From assembly GCA_030704615.1 (NCBI GenBank), contig CM060733.1:36828001-36892000 (forward strand): a stretch of 64,000 nt of DNA, written 5' to 3'. A program made the position numbers and the translations under genes. Shown here piece after piece: positions 38,030-52,109 of the stretch (the first letter of the stretch is position 1; each line of letters starts with the position of its first letter). The stretch comes from Takakia lepidozioides. Lineage: Eukaryota > Plantae > Bryophyta. The notes below the pieces were generated by a model. It saw only the letters and a program-made list of their open reading frames with translations. It searched no databases and had not been told where the DNA came from.

Positions 38030-39040
38030 CTGAACCATAACATTCTTGTTCTTGTTCCCTACAAAATGCATCAGTCCGGCCTCCAACGGAACCACGATTC
38101 ACTAACATAGACGACCAGGTGTTTAATGAGGCTGGCCTGAGCCACCTTTTGGTGCAGTCCGGCTCAATCCGGCCTCTGTGGGAACTAGGAACTACGATAA
38201 CAAAGACAACAAACATGGTGTTTAATCAGGCTGGCCCCAGCCACCTTTGATTTGGTTCTTGTTCCTTAAAACACATCAATCCGGCCTCGGTCGGAACTAC
38301 GATAACAAGACAACAAACATGGTGTTTAATCAGGCCGGCCGCAGCCATCTTTGATTTGGTTCTTGTTCCTTAAAACACATCAATCCGGCCTCCCTCGGAA
38401 CTACGATAGGAACTACGACAACAAAGACAACAAACACGGTGTTTAATCAGAGGCCGGTCCGAGCCACCTTTGATTTGGTTCTTGTTCCTTAACACACATT
38501 AATCCGGCCTCCGTCAGAACTACAATAGGACCTACAATAACAATGACAACAAACACGGTGTTTAATCAGGTCAGTCCGGGCTACCTTTGATTTGGTTCTT
38601 GTTCCTAGAACACATCAATCCAGCCTCCGTCGGAACTACGATAACAAAGACAACCAACACGGTGTTTAATCAGGCCGGTCCGGGCCACCTCTGCAACAAA
38701 CATGGTGTTTAAGGAGGCCGGTCCAAGCCACCTTTGATTTGGATCTTGTTCCTTAAAACACATCAATCCGGCCTCCATCGGAACTACGGTAACAAAGATT
38801 ACAAATACGGTGTTTAATCAAGCCGGTCCGGGATTTGGTTCTTGTTCCTTAAAACACATCAATCCGGCCTCCGTCCGAACTAAAATAAGAACTTCGATTA
38901 CAAAGACAACAAACACGGTGTTTAAGGAGGCCAGTCCGAGCCACCTTTGATTTGGTTCTTGTTCCGTAACACACGTCAATCCCGCTCCGTCGGCACTACG
39001 ATAACAAAGACAACAAACACGGTGTTTAATCAGGCCGGTG
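38030..39040. repeat. Tandem array (~9-10 units, ~100-120 bp) directly upstream of the kinase gene
   Basis: Core ggtgtttaatcaggccgg at about 38118, 38217, 38321, 38438, 38557, 38661, 38704, 38809, 38917 and 39021, together with tttgatttggttcttgttccttaaaacacatcaatccggcctcc. Confidence 0.93.
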
Positions 39041-39531
39041 GGAGTAGGGTCCGGCGCATAAGTGATGAAGTTAGAAAAGAGGAGGGAAGCCCAGAGGGTA
39101 GGTGGGGGGCCGGGCCGGGTGCGCGCGCGAGCCCAAGCGAGGCGGGTCGAGCCGGGTTGGGGCGGGCCGGGCCGGGCCAGGGTGGTGTGTTGGTGGGAGA
39201 GAGGTGGCTGGGGTGGCTGGGGTGCCTCACCTCTCTGGGTCACAGAGCGCGTGAGCCGACGGAGGGGGGGCGTGTAGCCAAGAGCAGGGCATGGAGGCGG
39301 GGCCGAAGGTTTTGTTTGTGCAATCCTGGATGGAGCAGGCTTGCAGAGCGATGGCGTGAGGAGAGTGGGATGTGTAGGCTGCGCTGCTGACTGCTTGGCT
39401 GGATGAGAGCCGTGCACCGCCGTAGGCAGGGAGGCATTCAGAAGGGGAGAAGAAGGTGAAGGATTTGATAGCAAAGATATGAGCGCACATCGTGAGGCAT
39501 TACGCAGGCTGGTGGAGTGCATGGGTGAAGG

Positions 39532-42500
39532 ATGCCAGAGCTGCGTAGTGGAGCGCGCCAACCCCGCTCTCCACCACAGGTGCCAGCAGTAGCTGCTGCA
39601 TACCCTGAGGCCGCTCCCACCAGACGAGCCACTCCCCGGCGACGCACAGTTGGTGCAACAGAGGAGGCTGCTCCAGTGAGAGATCGTGTCAGAACGCGCG
39701 CTGCGGTGGCCAAAGAGGCAGCGGTTGTTGTGACTAGGGTTGGGAGTCGAGGTAAGGGTACTGGGAGTGGGCGTGCCGCAAAGCAGACTCGGAATACAAA
39801 GGCTGTTGCTCAACCCAGGGCAGCCCCTGCACCAAAGCAGAGGGACTTAGGGAGGGCCAAGCAGGTTTCGTCCAGATCTCACTCCTCGGAGCAGCGGCGG
39901 TCTCAAGATCATTGTATTGCTGAAGACGGCGTTGAAGCAGACTTAGATCTAGAGGAGAATAGAGCAGAGGAGAGGGCAGAGGAGAAGGTAGAGGAGAAGG
40001 GAGAGGAGAAGGGTGAAAAGCGCGAGATGGACGAGGAGACCGCCGGCAGGAGTGCAGAAAAGGTACCTGGTGCAGAGGATGAAGGCAGCGCGGCACCCCT
40101 TCCAGAGAGGGTAATTCTCAAGTATCACTTGCCGATGCATCCTTCTTTATATTTCCTGCCATTGCCGGCATGTACGTACTGACTGAAAGATTGGCTTGTG
40201 ATGGGTGATGCAGTCCTTAACAGAGGTTTCTTTCTCTTAGCTTAGTGGGAGATGCTTGTAGCAGAGGTTTCTCATTCTTAGCTTAGTGGGAGATGCTTGT
40301 TTAGCAGGCTATCTTGTCGCGGTCGTCTGTACCATTGTTTTTGTTTTGCTTGCAGAGGAGGGAGTCGTAACCTTTTTCTTTATCTTGTGAAATTGCTCTT
40401 CTGCTACTCTATGGTGAATTCTCACATGGTTTGGCATGTCAGCTGGCTCTGTCTGTCTGTGATGAATCTTACTGTTGTGGTGTGGAGCCTTTTGGTGTAC
40501 TCAGGTCCAAGTGGGCGGGTCTCCAGTGTACAAGATCGAAAGAAAACTTGGCAAGGGTGGTTTTGGACAAGTTTATGTAGGGCGACGCCTAAGTGGGGGA
40601 TCAGAGCGGACTGGTGCACAGGCTATCGAGGTTAAACTTGGCTTCTCCACTATTCTGGCTGTTCTCATTCTTGATAGTCTGTGACCAAATCTGTAGGACT
40701 TGCATCGAACTGATGGGCTCAGAAATTAACTATTGTGAATGTGTCATCAGTTGATATGTTTGGACTGTTTCAATAATGCTATGATGGGTCAACTAGACTC
40801 TTTCATGGCATCTTCATGTGAATTTTGTTTGCTCGATGTGTGCTGAAGTGTGTGCTATTTGCTGCCATTTTCACTTCAGGTGGCTCTAAAATTTGAGCAC
40901 AGTAGCAGCAAAGGCTGTAACTATGGTCCTCCATACGAGTGGCAGGTCTACAAGTATGTCCTCTTCGCTTGTTGTTGGTGCTGCCTAATTTGTTTTTTTT
41001 CTTATGTTGACCAGTGGAAAGGCTTGAAGAGTGGTTTGGCTCTTTGCTAAGTGTTTCCTATGGAACGTATGTGATCGTGGTTTTATTGGTCGCTGCAGCA
41101 CGCTTGGTGGCAGCCATGGGGTGCCTCGTGTACACTACAAGGGTCGACAGGGTGACTACTATGTCATGGTAAGTATTTAACTTTCTCATCAAGGATACCG
41201 TCAGTTTCTCAAATGTCCTTGCAGGTTAGTGGCTTGTTTGAAGGGAATCTTGTAGGAAAGATTTAGAGCCACTTCGTTTCTCTTCCATGGCAGGTGATGG
41301 ACATGCTTGGACCAAGTCTCTGGGATGTATGGAACTCCTCAGGCCAAGCGTAAGTCCCAGCCCTAAGCTTTTCGATGGTATGTGTTGTTTTGTGATTGGT
41401 ATGTTACTTTGTCAGAGTCCGTTGACTAGGTTTGAGGACATCTCCCAGGTCACCTGGTAAAGCACGTTTGGTCTCATAATTCCTTTGGCTCATATCTGAG
41501 ACTTTGTGGGTGCCTGTGGCAGAATGTCGACGGAAATGGTGGCGTGCATTGCAGTCGAGGCCATTTCGATTCTTGAAAAAATGCATTCCAGAGGGTATGA
41601 ACTAGTTGTGGACATGTCGTTGATACGCTTTCTTCAAATTCCTAGTGACCATGCTTGTCTGCTCTGACAGAAGATTACAATTGGCCATTATGTGCTATTG
41701 CCTACTGAGTTGGGGTGAATGCAGGTATGTGCATGGGGATGTGAAACCAGAGAACTTCCTCTTGGGTCAACCTGGAACCAGTGATGAGAAGAAACTTTTC
41801 CTTGTTGATCTGGGTCTTGGTATGTGAAAAGGATATCTTTTCCTAGCTGGGCTGGTAGTGTAATTTTGGCATTTTTGGCTGTACAGTTCACGGTTGATCA
41901 ATCTGTGATACAAAGTGCCCATTTATTACTTTTATGTCCATGTTAATCAGACAGTAAGAGGGTGAGGTTTACCAGTTCCAAAGGGGATGTGGGATCAATA
42001 CCCCAAATTTGAACCTGATTCTGTTGTGTGGGGGTATGTGCTTACTGTTGCAGCAACAAGGTGGAGGGATGGAAACACTGGTCAGCATGTAGAGTATGAC
42101 CAAAGACCTGACGTTTTTCGGTAAGGGTTGCCTTTGCACTGCCATCATGTAAGGCTGTAAACGTTGTTGTAGTAGGAGGCTAAGCTGGTTGTAACCCGTA
42201 CGCTATGTGTTGATGGCAGTGGAACAGTGCGGTATGCCAGTGCACATGCACATTTGGGTCGGACTGGCAGTAGAAGGGATGATTTGGAATCATTGGCCTA
42301 CACTCTGGTGTTTCTTCTTCGTGGACGTCTGCCTTGGCAAGGGTACCAGGTATGAGCTTGTGCATTCCGTGAATGCTTTGTGAATTGATGTGCACCTGGG
42401 TATATACTATGTTGAGTCTGCTTGGCGTATCTGAATCATTCAAGGCTACAGATTTGGCCATTGCTGTGCTGCTGACACGATTTGTCTTCTGACGGTGTAT

Positions 42501-45334
42501 GTGAAGGGTGACAACAAGGGGTTTCTAGTTTGTAAGAAGAAAATGGCAACATCTCCAGAGATGCTGTGCTGTTTCTGTCCGATTCCTTTCAAGCAGTTTC
42601 TTGAGATTGTGGTCAATATGAAGTTTGATGAGGAGCCAAACTATGGCAAGCTGATTGTTCTGTTTGATGGAATATTGGGTCCAAACCCGGCTGTCAGACC
42701 TATCAACACGGATGGTGCTCAAAAGGTGGGGTTCTTCTCCAAGTCCCCTGTTCATGCTTGTAGGGTGGGACTTCCGAACTGTGTGGCAACTTATTGCATG
42801 TGTGTCTCATACACATTCTCTTACCTCCGATGCCACTACAGGTTGGGCAGAAGAGGGGAAGGTTGAGTGTTGAAGAGGAGGATGACGACCAACCAAAGAA
42901 GAAGATACGCCTGGGAATGCCTGCAACCCAATGGATAACTGTCTACAATGCACGCCGGCCCATGAAGCAAAGGTAGAGTAGTTGATTCTGGATAGAAGTT
43001 GGGCTGCAAGCATTTTTGCTGAAGATGTTTGTGCCATGATCAAAGTCTGTACCTGAGAGGTAGAGACTCTCTTAAGGCTAGTTGTGTTTTGTTTTTTCTA
43101 ATCATTATACGAGGCCGTTTCATTTGTAACTTGAAGATTTGGATTTTTATGGCATGCAGTTCAGGTGGTACACTTTTATTGCGGCACTGCCCGAATAGAT
43201 GGGATTAGAGGGGCAGTGGACAGGAAAGTCCAGGATAGTACAAGTATTTGAGGTTGTTAAAGTGCAGGATTGGCATATCCTAGCCTTGGGGTGCGCTATG
43301 GGACCACTAAAAACTTCCCTTTCAGCGTGTGATGTACACCCTCTGTGGGGAGCTTATGAAAGCTGTGTCAGCTTGTCACTGCCACACACGATGTTGATGG
43401 TCGGAGATTTTGTGCTTGAAACCACGGTACCGGCACCCTAAAGTTGTCCTAGTGAAGGTCTCAACTTAGACTGGTGCAACATCTGTGGGGTTGTCTTTTA
43501 CACTTCATGTTAGAAGTGATGCTCTTGCGAGGGGCTTGACTGAAGTGGATGGAATGGAAAATTACAGATATCACTATAATGTGGCTGATTCGCGCCTCAC
43601 CCAACATGTGGAAAAGGGAAATGAAGATGGCCTGTATATAAGCAGTGTGGCCTCCTGTACAAACCTCTGGGCTCTCATTATGGATGCTGGAACGGGGTTT
43701 ACTGCTCAAGTTTATGAGCTCTCACCTGTGTTCCTTCACAAGGTTTGTATGAGCCTCCCATAGATTTATTTTTTGAAGCATTGATGTGGATACAGGTTAC
43801 ATGTGGTGCAGGGTGATGTCAGAGGGCATTTTGGGGATACTATGTCAGATTCCACTAACACAGGTTCTCTGAAAATTTGTTCTACCAGGAATGGATAATG
43901 GAGCAGTGGGAGAAGAATTATTACATCAGCGCAATCGCTGGTGCCAACAATGGGAGCTCTCTGGTTGTGATGTCAAAAGGTGAGTGAGAGGGAACATCTC
44001 TTTAGGATCACTTCTGTCTATAGCATGTTTGTCTGGAAGAGTTTGAAAGTTATGTACAGACAATCTTCTGAAATTGCAGAAATACTTGTGCTGTGTTGAT
44101 TCAGGGACATCTTACACTCAGCAATCGTACAAAGTCAGCGACTCATTTCCTTTCAAGTGGATCAACAAGAAATGGAGAGAGGGCTTCTATGTCACATCCA
44201 TGGCCACAGCGGGCAGTCGTTGGGGTGTTGTTATGTCACGCAATGCAGGCTTCTCAGATCAGGTATGCTAATACATGGTTCATATATGCTATTAGAACTG
44301 TTTCAGATGAAGGGCATGCTCTTCATCTCTTTGAAGGAAATAAGAACTCTCTGGATTGTGTCATTTTAGCTTTTGATCTATTCAAAACCATGGAGAACAT
44401 ACTGCTAAAGTCATAAGTGGGAAGCTTCCTTCAGCCCACTTATGTTAGTTAATCTCTCTCTCTCTCTCCCCCTCCCTTCGGGGGCACAAGGCTACGGTCC
44501 TATGAGTATATTCTCTCTCCCTACCTGATTTATATCTGTATTTTTTTTTACTTGAAAAACTGTCTTGTCTTAGTCTTCTTGTGTTGACACAGAAACTCAT
44601 TACCTCTGTCAGAAGTTAATGAAGTCAATGGGGGAAGTTTGAACCGCTGGTCAGAGTTGTATAGGATGTAGTTGATATGTTTCATACTGTTCAGTTGACT
44701 CTCCAAATTATGAGACGTCATTTCTGGTTGCTTTCCTCATACCGTTTCTTCTTTTCTCTCTCTTCAAGGTTTTCTTGTCCTGGTTCGTTTGTTTTCATCT
44801 TTGAAAGCTTTTCTTCACCTTAGATGTGGCTCTCATTTTGTCACAGGTTACCTCTTAAGTGGAGTTCAGAGTTGACCAGATTTTCATATTTATTTACAAC
44901 ATAAGGTTTCCAAGTATTCCGTTCCAGGTTCTCTTTAAGAAGTTATGATTATAATTTTTTCTGTGTGCTTCATACTGTTTGTGTTGGTGACCTGTAGGTG
45001 GTGGAGCTGGACTTTTTGTATCCGAGTGAAGGTATACACAGACGGTGGGATAGTGGGTATCGCATCACTTCTACGGCTGCAACCTGGGATCAGGCTGCTT
45101 TTGTACTGAGTGTTCCTCGCAGGAAACCGGCTGATGAAACTCAGGAAACGCTGCGCACTTCAGCTTTTCCAAGCACCCATGTGAAGGTGAGTGTGTAATT
45201 GCAAGTGAGGTGATTGCATGCAAGCTGAAAATCTCTTGGATCTGAGCTTGCTGACTCAAGTTTCTTTTGTACAGGAGAAATGGTCAAAGAATCTCTACAT
45301 TGCAGCTGTGAGCTATGGGCGGACTGTGTCATGA
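39532..45334 (+). CDS. MLK: Plant-specific casein kinase 1-like protein (MUT9-like kinase / PPK / Hd16-EL1 family), ~16 exons
   Basis: [10 protein letters not shown] start; [16 protein letters not shown]; ALKFEH; [10 protein letters not shown]; DLGLA; [13 protein letters not shown]; C-terminus [19 protein letters not shown]. Approximate exons: 39532-40110, 40505-40630, 40880-40953, 41099-41168, 41294-41349, 41523-41594, 41725-41819, 42054-42120, 42219-42349, 42507-42725, 42842-42972, 43568-43742, 43889-43979, 44105-44262, 44998-45186, 45275-45334. Confidence 0.96.
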
Positions 45335-48300
45335 TTCCTTTGCTGCAGCTAGAAGTAGCTCCCTACACTTGCTTCCAGGCATTCATTATGAGGGGTGCAT
45401 GATCACCTGACTTTTTGACTGTCAAGCTTTCTTGCTTGATTGGCTGTACTGGCGCAAGGGTTTGGAGGGGATCAAGCTCTGTCATTAGAGCTAAGCCCTA
45501 GCACCTTATCACTGCGACAGACATTTCCAACACAAACAGGCCTTGATGATGGCTTTGTGAGCTCAGATAGTGAGGGCAAGGGAAAATGGTATGTCTTACT
45601 ACCACCTTGTATCAGGCCTTTGTTCAGGTGGGCAGTGATTGTCCTTGCTTGAGTGAGTTATGATGTCGGGCAAGATGAGAATCTGCCATGTAAGTCTCAG
45701 TGTGAGATTTTAACTTTTTCCTGTTTAGGTTAAGCTACTTCGAGGTGGGGCCTGTGATGGCCATGAAACTCTTTTATAAGGTCTGCAATTGGAAGTGGTA
45801 ATTTCTATGATCTTGCACTCCGTTGTTATTTCATGACCTATTGTGTAGGAGGAAAACTCTGTTTGGGGTTTAAGCACAAGTTTTTCTCTATGGGACATCT
45901 TTGTCTCTTGCTTCTGACTTGGTTGGCCACTATTGTGGGAAACCACGTGGTGGTCATTCCTAGAGGATGAGGATGGTGAAGCCACATTAGCATAAGCTTT
46001 GCACGGGCTTCACTTTTAAACTTATGAATATCTGGGGAAAGCACACTATATTGTTCTTTCAATTCCCATCCTTTTGGTCTTACAGCAGTTTGACTATGCC
46101 CAGAAGGCTGTAGTTATTAGAACCCAAAACCCTAATCTATCTTGAGAAAAATGTCCCGATGAAATGATAATTCCTTAAGGTTTGTTGGACTCCCAAAGTA
46201 ATCTAGAGAATGGGTCACTGAAGAATTTGGTTATGGATTGTCAGCTGCAAAGTCCTTGCAAAAGGTGAAGGCATATCTAGGGGAAGTGACTCCTCTGCAT
46301 GAACAGTCATGCAGCCATCTTAAGAGTACACAGGCAAACTTCCTCTGAAGGGTCCCAAGATATCTTCTCCCTTGTGGACGAGGTTAGATAAAGCACTGCA
46401 GTAATGAAGAGTTCGGTCTTTGTGAATTATATGCTCTGCAGTGTTTTGGTGTATCTTTTCCTGACCACAGGCTTGTCATTGATATATCTGAAGAGTCCAT
46501 CAACAAAATAACGTGGTGCATGTTGTTTCATTAGATGGATAGTCTGTTTTTAGATTTCTAAGTGTCCTCTTACATAGCAGCTCAAGCAGGAAAGTAAGAA
46601 AGATGAGGCTTGCAAGGCAAATAGTGATTTTCATGTTACATAATTTTCTCAACTTGGATGGGTGTCCAGTTTCTCCCCTTGGAGGTGGATTCACCATGGC
46701 TTTTATGAAACAAACCTGTTTGGTGCTCTGGTTGGGCATTACACTCGGAAGGTCCCTTCTACTGCACTTGGTTGTCTGTGGGTTTCTTTGACGGTGTGTT
46801 AAGTGACACTCTTGTGGTTAGGTTTTTCTCAAGGGAGATGAACTTCGATAACTCTGTAGCTGTGGTAGACTCTGGATCTATATATTTGCATGTAAATAGT
46901 TAGGTTTGATGTTGCACATGCATAAATCAGAAAATATATTTGTGCATGAGGGAAGCAATTTGACATTAGATATCGAATTGAGCGCTGCACTAGGTCTGCG
47001 CAATCAAAAGGATCATTTGATACAGAAGAGAAGTTCTCCCCCCCTTCCCTGTGCAGTGTCGCATCAGAAAGCCTTACGTCAAGGTTACCGAGAGGTTATT
47101 TTCTCCTCTCTATCAAGGGGCCTGATTTGTGAGCTGTTGCTCTCAGGTGGAGAAGGTGCTGAACTGCTTGGGGGAGGGAAAAAATGATTGTTTTATTGTA
47201 ACTCACATCTGAAAGAGTACAAAAGTGACAAATTGCAAGAGAAAGAATTTACCTTCTTGGGGAATGTGATTCGTAGTGTTGTTGTTGTTTTTTTGTCAGG
47301 TAGCCCTTCCTTTTTAGTGACAGGTTAATTTTTTTTTAACTTTCACTGTGAAGAACAACTTTGAGAAAATGCCTTTCACTGGACAGGTTGACAAGCTTTT
47401 GACCTTTCACACAACCATGTTATATGAAATTAAAAATGAAAAATGAAAAGAAGTGTGAAGTGTGAAGTTCTTACCATTAGTCCACAGTCAATCTTTGTGG
47501 GCTGAATCAGTTGGACCAGACCCTAGAAGACTGATTCAGCTGGACCACGGACCCTAGAAGACTCCCTCGATCAAGCGCACCACGGATGAAAGGGCTTTGC
47601 CCCGGGTCCTAATCATAAGTGCCCGACGCATTGTGTCCAACAGAGCGTGGAGGGGCTTGGACGATCATTTTTGTGTGCAGGTGAGGCTCTAAATAGCTGC
47701 ATCCCCAAACTACTTAGGCCGTTCTGAACTTAACCCTTAAAGGATGAGCTATTTTTTGGTGGGCCCGCTAAAAAAGGGTGTATACCCTTATGGACGGTGT
47801 AACTTCTTACCCACAATCATCCATGGGGATGAACCTTATACTTATGTGCATATCTACTAGATCCATGTCCTGTCAAAAATATAGGCAATTGACCGTTGCA
47901 TACGGGAGATTATAACAAACTAATATGCCCCAATTTGGAAATATATTCAAAACTTGTATGGAAAAAATTGTTTGACCACAAAATTGAAGTATCGAGTTGA
48001 ATCTTTCTAGACAAATGCCCTCCATAATCTTTATATGGCACCTAAACTACTGCCTCCCCAAAAAATCAGACCAAAATTCCAAAAATTCAGATAGGCTGCT
48101 TTTGTATGTGAAATCTGGGGGTTAAATTATCTTGCTTTGGCTTCTTTCTCAAGTACACCCAGGTGACATTTGTTTTCCAATTCCTTTGGTAAGTAAGTGC
48201 ACAGTAACATTTCATGGTGCCTTGTCCAAATTTTTGGCATTATGATAAATTTTCAGCCCTAGATGTTATCTTGAAGATTGCCCATTTGGCTGCCAAGTAG

Positions 48301-48921
48301 GCAGTGCTCTAACACTGGATTTCCTGAAACCTGGCACTTTGCGAAATTCTAGGGAGCAGAGCTTTTATGATTTTTTGGTGTGTTAATGATATCTGAATAA
48401 TGCAGGGTAGCTGCATTTGCAAGGGGTCAGCTTGGTTATCAGTTTATGATTTAGGGTTTGTTACTTCCATCATCTCAATACTTAGGCCGGGGTCATTGTA
48501 AGTGGTACAATCCTCCCCAAAGCATTCTTCTAGTTTGATGAATCTTCTTAGCTAAATAGATAGTGGTATTTAGGTCAGGTTTGCATATGCTCTTTGCAAG
48601 GGCAAATGCTGTGGGCATTGATAGGATGTCATGATGATTATCAAAGAATGAGAACTGGAGGCCTTGGGCCAGAGTTTTTGTCCAGCTCTGGGTGAGAGAA
48701 AAGAATGGGAAAGAGGGAAAGTCAGGACCTTGCTGTCTGGCTGCTTAAGTGATTATGACCCGTGGCATCATGCCTTGCTGATTGAACAATCATATCTGCA
48801 TTAGTAGGTGAATTAACACCAAGGGCATTGCCCTTCTGGATTTTGTTGAGCTGAATAGAGGGTTGTTGTGTCCGTATGCAATCACCCTCATGAATGGCAA
48901 ATCACCACGGATTGAAGCCTA

Positions 48922-50475
48922 CAGTCTGCCTTGGATAAATGTTAACAGTGGGGAGTAGGAAAAAAATAACATTTAGACAAGGTTAACGCATTAACAGTTA
49001 TGAAGGGGCTAATTGTAACACATTAACATTTATAGAAGGTAACATTTAACAAATATAAGATTTATGAAATTAACACTTATGAAACAAAGTGTAATTGTAT
49101 GGAGTCATTCAGTTAGGGTAGGAACTATGAATCGATTGTGGTCTGATGAGTATCTCTAATATGCATATCATCGACTAGGCGTTATGGCTAAAATAGTTTT
49201 CATAACGTCATAAGAGCATCTCCACACCGGGGGTCCCTAAATGCCCCTACAACGGCAAAGGAGCCCCCGGCCCTGGTATCCGCGCCCGGGGCCGTACTTT
49301 CGTGTAGAGGCCCGCCAGACCCGGCCAATACCTGCTGGAGCGACTACAAACACGATTTCCTGCATTTATGGCTTGAGGCAGTCCAGGTGGTCCCTCCGGA
49401 GCAAGGCATGTCAGCCGAAAAGACATGTGCATGTGCAAGGTAGTTTGATGGGGTTGCAGCTGGGGAGGGGAGTGTTGGAGGCCGTAGGAGGTTACCGTTG
49501 CGGGTTGTTTGGTGTACCCCCGGCCGAGATGCTCTTAGAGCATTTCCAACGGTGAACGCCATCAGGCCCGCCAAGCTGCCCATGGCGTAGAGCTTTGGCG
49601 TGGGATTTGGCTCATGGCGTGGAGTTTGGTGGAAGGACGTCCACAGGGGTCACGTTAAATCGAGCGCCAAGGTGAGCTGGCTAGCCTGCCGAAGCCACGT
49701 GTTGGCTCCAGGCTGCGCCACACTTGCTCTTTATCCCCAAAAGCAAGAGCGTCTGTTCTTTATAACTCATGCGCGACGTGCCAGATTTGCTCCCTGTGCT
49801 CTCGGGCGTGCACGTGCGCGCTTGGCGGAGGTCCAAAGATGGAAAATATGGCGTGCTCCCTAGCCTTGGCGTAGGTCCCTCCGCGCCAAATATAGTGTTG
49901 GCGAGGTATGCTGGGCACGATCCAGGAAACGCCATGCCAAAATGGCGTTGGAAATGGCATGGCATGGCGTACCTACATTGGGGGTGCCCTAAGGCCTTTG
50001 TTCCAAACATTGGGAAATTGTAGCTATGGCCATTTTTGGCATCTTTGAATGCTACCATCTATTTGCAAAACATCTAACATGACTGCAATTACCACATATG
50101 TGGTCTAGTCTCTCGAAAACAACCTCCATGTCAAGTGTCCAAATGTGGAACATACGAACATACACTCCTTGTATCAAGGTATTCGCTTATGATCTGATCA
50201 CTTTAGTATTACCTCCCGCTTACTTTCTAGTCTTCTGATTGGTTATGTTGTAGGATGCAATCTTAGCATAATCTAGTCTAGTTTGGAATTTATAATTATG
50301 GAGCATATCTCCTGTTAGCTGAAGCCTTTATGGTGCATTTAACATTTATTGAGGGCAAATTAACAATTAACAAATAACACTTAATGATTAGTGTGCACAA
50401 GTAAGGGAGTAAAATTTTCTTAACATTTATGGTAGTTTAACGTTTATAGAGGTAACATTTATCCAGGGCAGACTG
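48922..50475. mobile_element. Non-autonomous Tc1/mariner (pogo-like) element
   Basis: TIRs CAGTCTGCCTTGGATAAATGTTA and TAACATTTATCCAGGGCAGACTG (1 mismatch in 23), flanked by TA on both sides; TAACATTTA subterminal motifs. Confidence 0.9.
49214..49989. mobile_element. Two adjacent Tourist/PIF-Harbinger-like MITEs nested in the mariner-type element (49214-49534 and 49538-~49989)
   Basis: TAA|GAGCATCTCCACACCGGGGG...CCCCGGCCGAGATGCTC|TTA|GAGCATTTCCAACGG...TGGGGGTGCCC|TAA; GC-rich relative to the AT-rich host element. Confidence 0.75.
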
Positions 50476-52109
50476 TACCTGCAACTGTGTTTTCCTCTTC
50501 CGCTGCAGCACAGATGTGGAGTAACAAGGCTCACTGTGATAACTCGGGTAAATTAGTGTTTAGGTCACTGTTTTCATACTACAACCCCTTCTCCTCCTGG
50601 GCTTTACCAAGCACCAGGGGTGGGCCCCGCGATTTGGGAGATCTCAAGGGTACAAAACAAACAAACTACCTTGCTTCATATCTTCTCCTTGCAAGGCCAA
50701 CCATATTACAAAAGACAGTACATTTCCGATGTTTTTCTTCCACAACTTCGCTCCCATCAATATGACTGCATCAGAGGCTTATCAAAAGATCGTTCTCAGT
50801 TTTAATTGGAGAGAGATGGAATCATAGCAGAATTGCATTAGTGCAAAGACTCGAAGATGTAGGCTCCTTGCATCCAATCAAATGGATCTCATGAAACCAA
50901 CTGAGGATGTAGTGCACATGACAACCCATTTGGAGAACAGAAGAGGCTCTGAAGTGTAGGCTGGCAGTCCAATGATTTCTCAGGCTTCTCCTTGAGACAA
51001 CCAAAATAATTCTCTTCTGAGGCTTCTATTGTCTTCTCAGGCATTTGGTGATCCAGTTGTCCAATGCTGCCTGATGGTCATGGTGGCTTAGATAATCAAC
51101 ACTAAAAAATACTTACAAACAGGTCCCCAGAAATGTCCTCAAATATGAAGTATGCTTACTGGTTTCTATCACTAAAGATCAGTGGCATCTGGAGTCCGAG
51201 GTCCTTCAACGCTGCCAGCCAGCAACTTGATCTCTTCAGCGTGGCCATGCACTGCCTCACTCTGTGCATTGGTTACCATTGTTTGCATAGGATTGCTTGA
51301 CCAAAAAACAGTCACATGAGAAAAGCTTCAACTTGACAGCCCATGATTTCATTTTGCAATTCCTTTATCTGGAAATATCCCTTCCAATCAGGAAAAGTTG
51401 TAGTAAGTTAGCCTTTAACTCTCAAAGTGAAGGGGCCAGCAAGGAAGGCAGGAGCAACGGAACAACATAAATTTACACAGTTAGCTAGTAAATAAAATAC
51501 AGGGTTTTGAGTGGACATGAGTGGTTTCTCTCTGTTCAGAGGATAAGCTATTGGATACAATGAGGCATATATTGCTGTTGGGTGTGTTCACTCAATGTTC
51601 TAGTGTCTGGAGGTGTAGTATGTATTATGGGGCAATATCTCTCTGTATAACTTTCGCAGACTAAGAGGAAAAACCTGAAACAAAAATGGAGGGAAAAGAA
51701 GCAAAAGAAAAACAGGAGACTGCAAGAACACCCTGTGTAAACATTACATTCAAATTTCAACAGGTGTCAGGATCGTAATGAAGACCAACATTTTCCTTTC
51801 CTACTTACTTTTGCACACTTGGAGAATTGCAGAAATATGTTTCCTTCTCAATCTAGGAATTGGAGTCCAGCTTGGCAAGCAATACTTGATCTCTCAAGAC
51901 CGATGTCCTCATCTATAAACTGGCGCCCGGCAGGGAGATCCTACTTGACCATCTCTCAGTGGAGAAAGTGTTCTTTGACCAAATCAAGCAAAGAGTTGAT
52001 ATCTTTTTCAGACTGATTCTATGCTCAAAGACCTCCTGGCTGCATGGAAACATTTGGTCCCAAGCACTCCTTATATAACAGAAATCTCATGCCCAGGACA
52101 ATTCACTCA

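Noticed and set aside
38818-39813. 331-aa minus-strand ORF
   Set aside because: It is antisense to the kinase's GC-rich 5' region and the tandem array, with no domain features.
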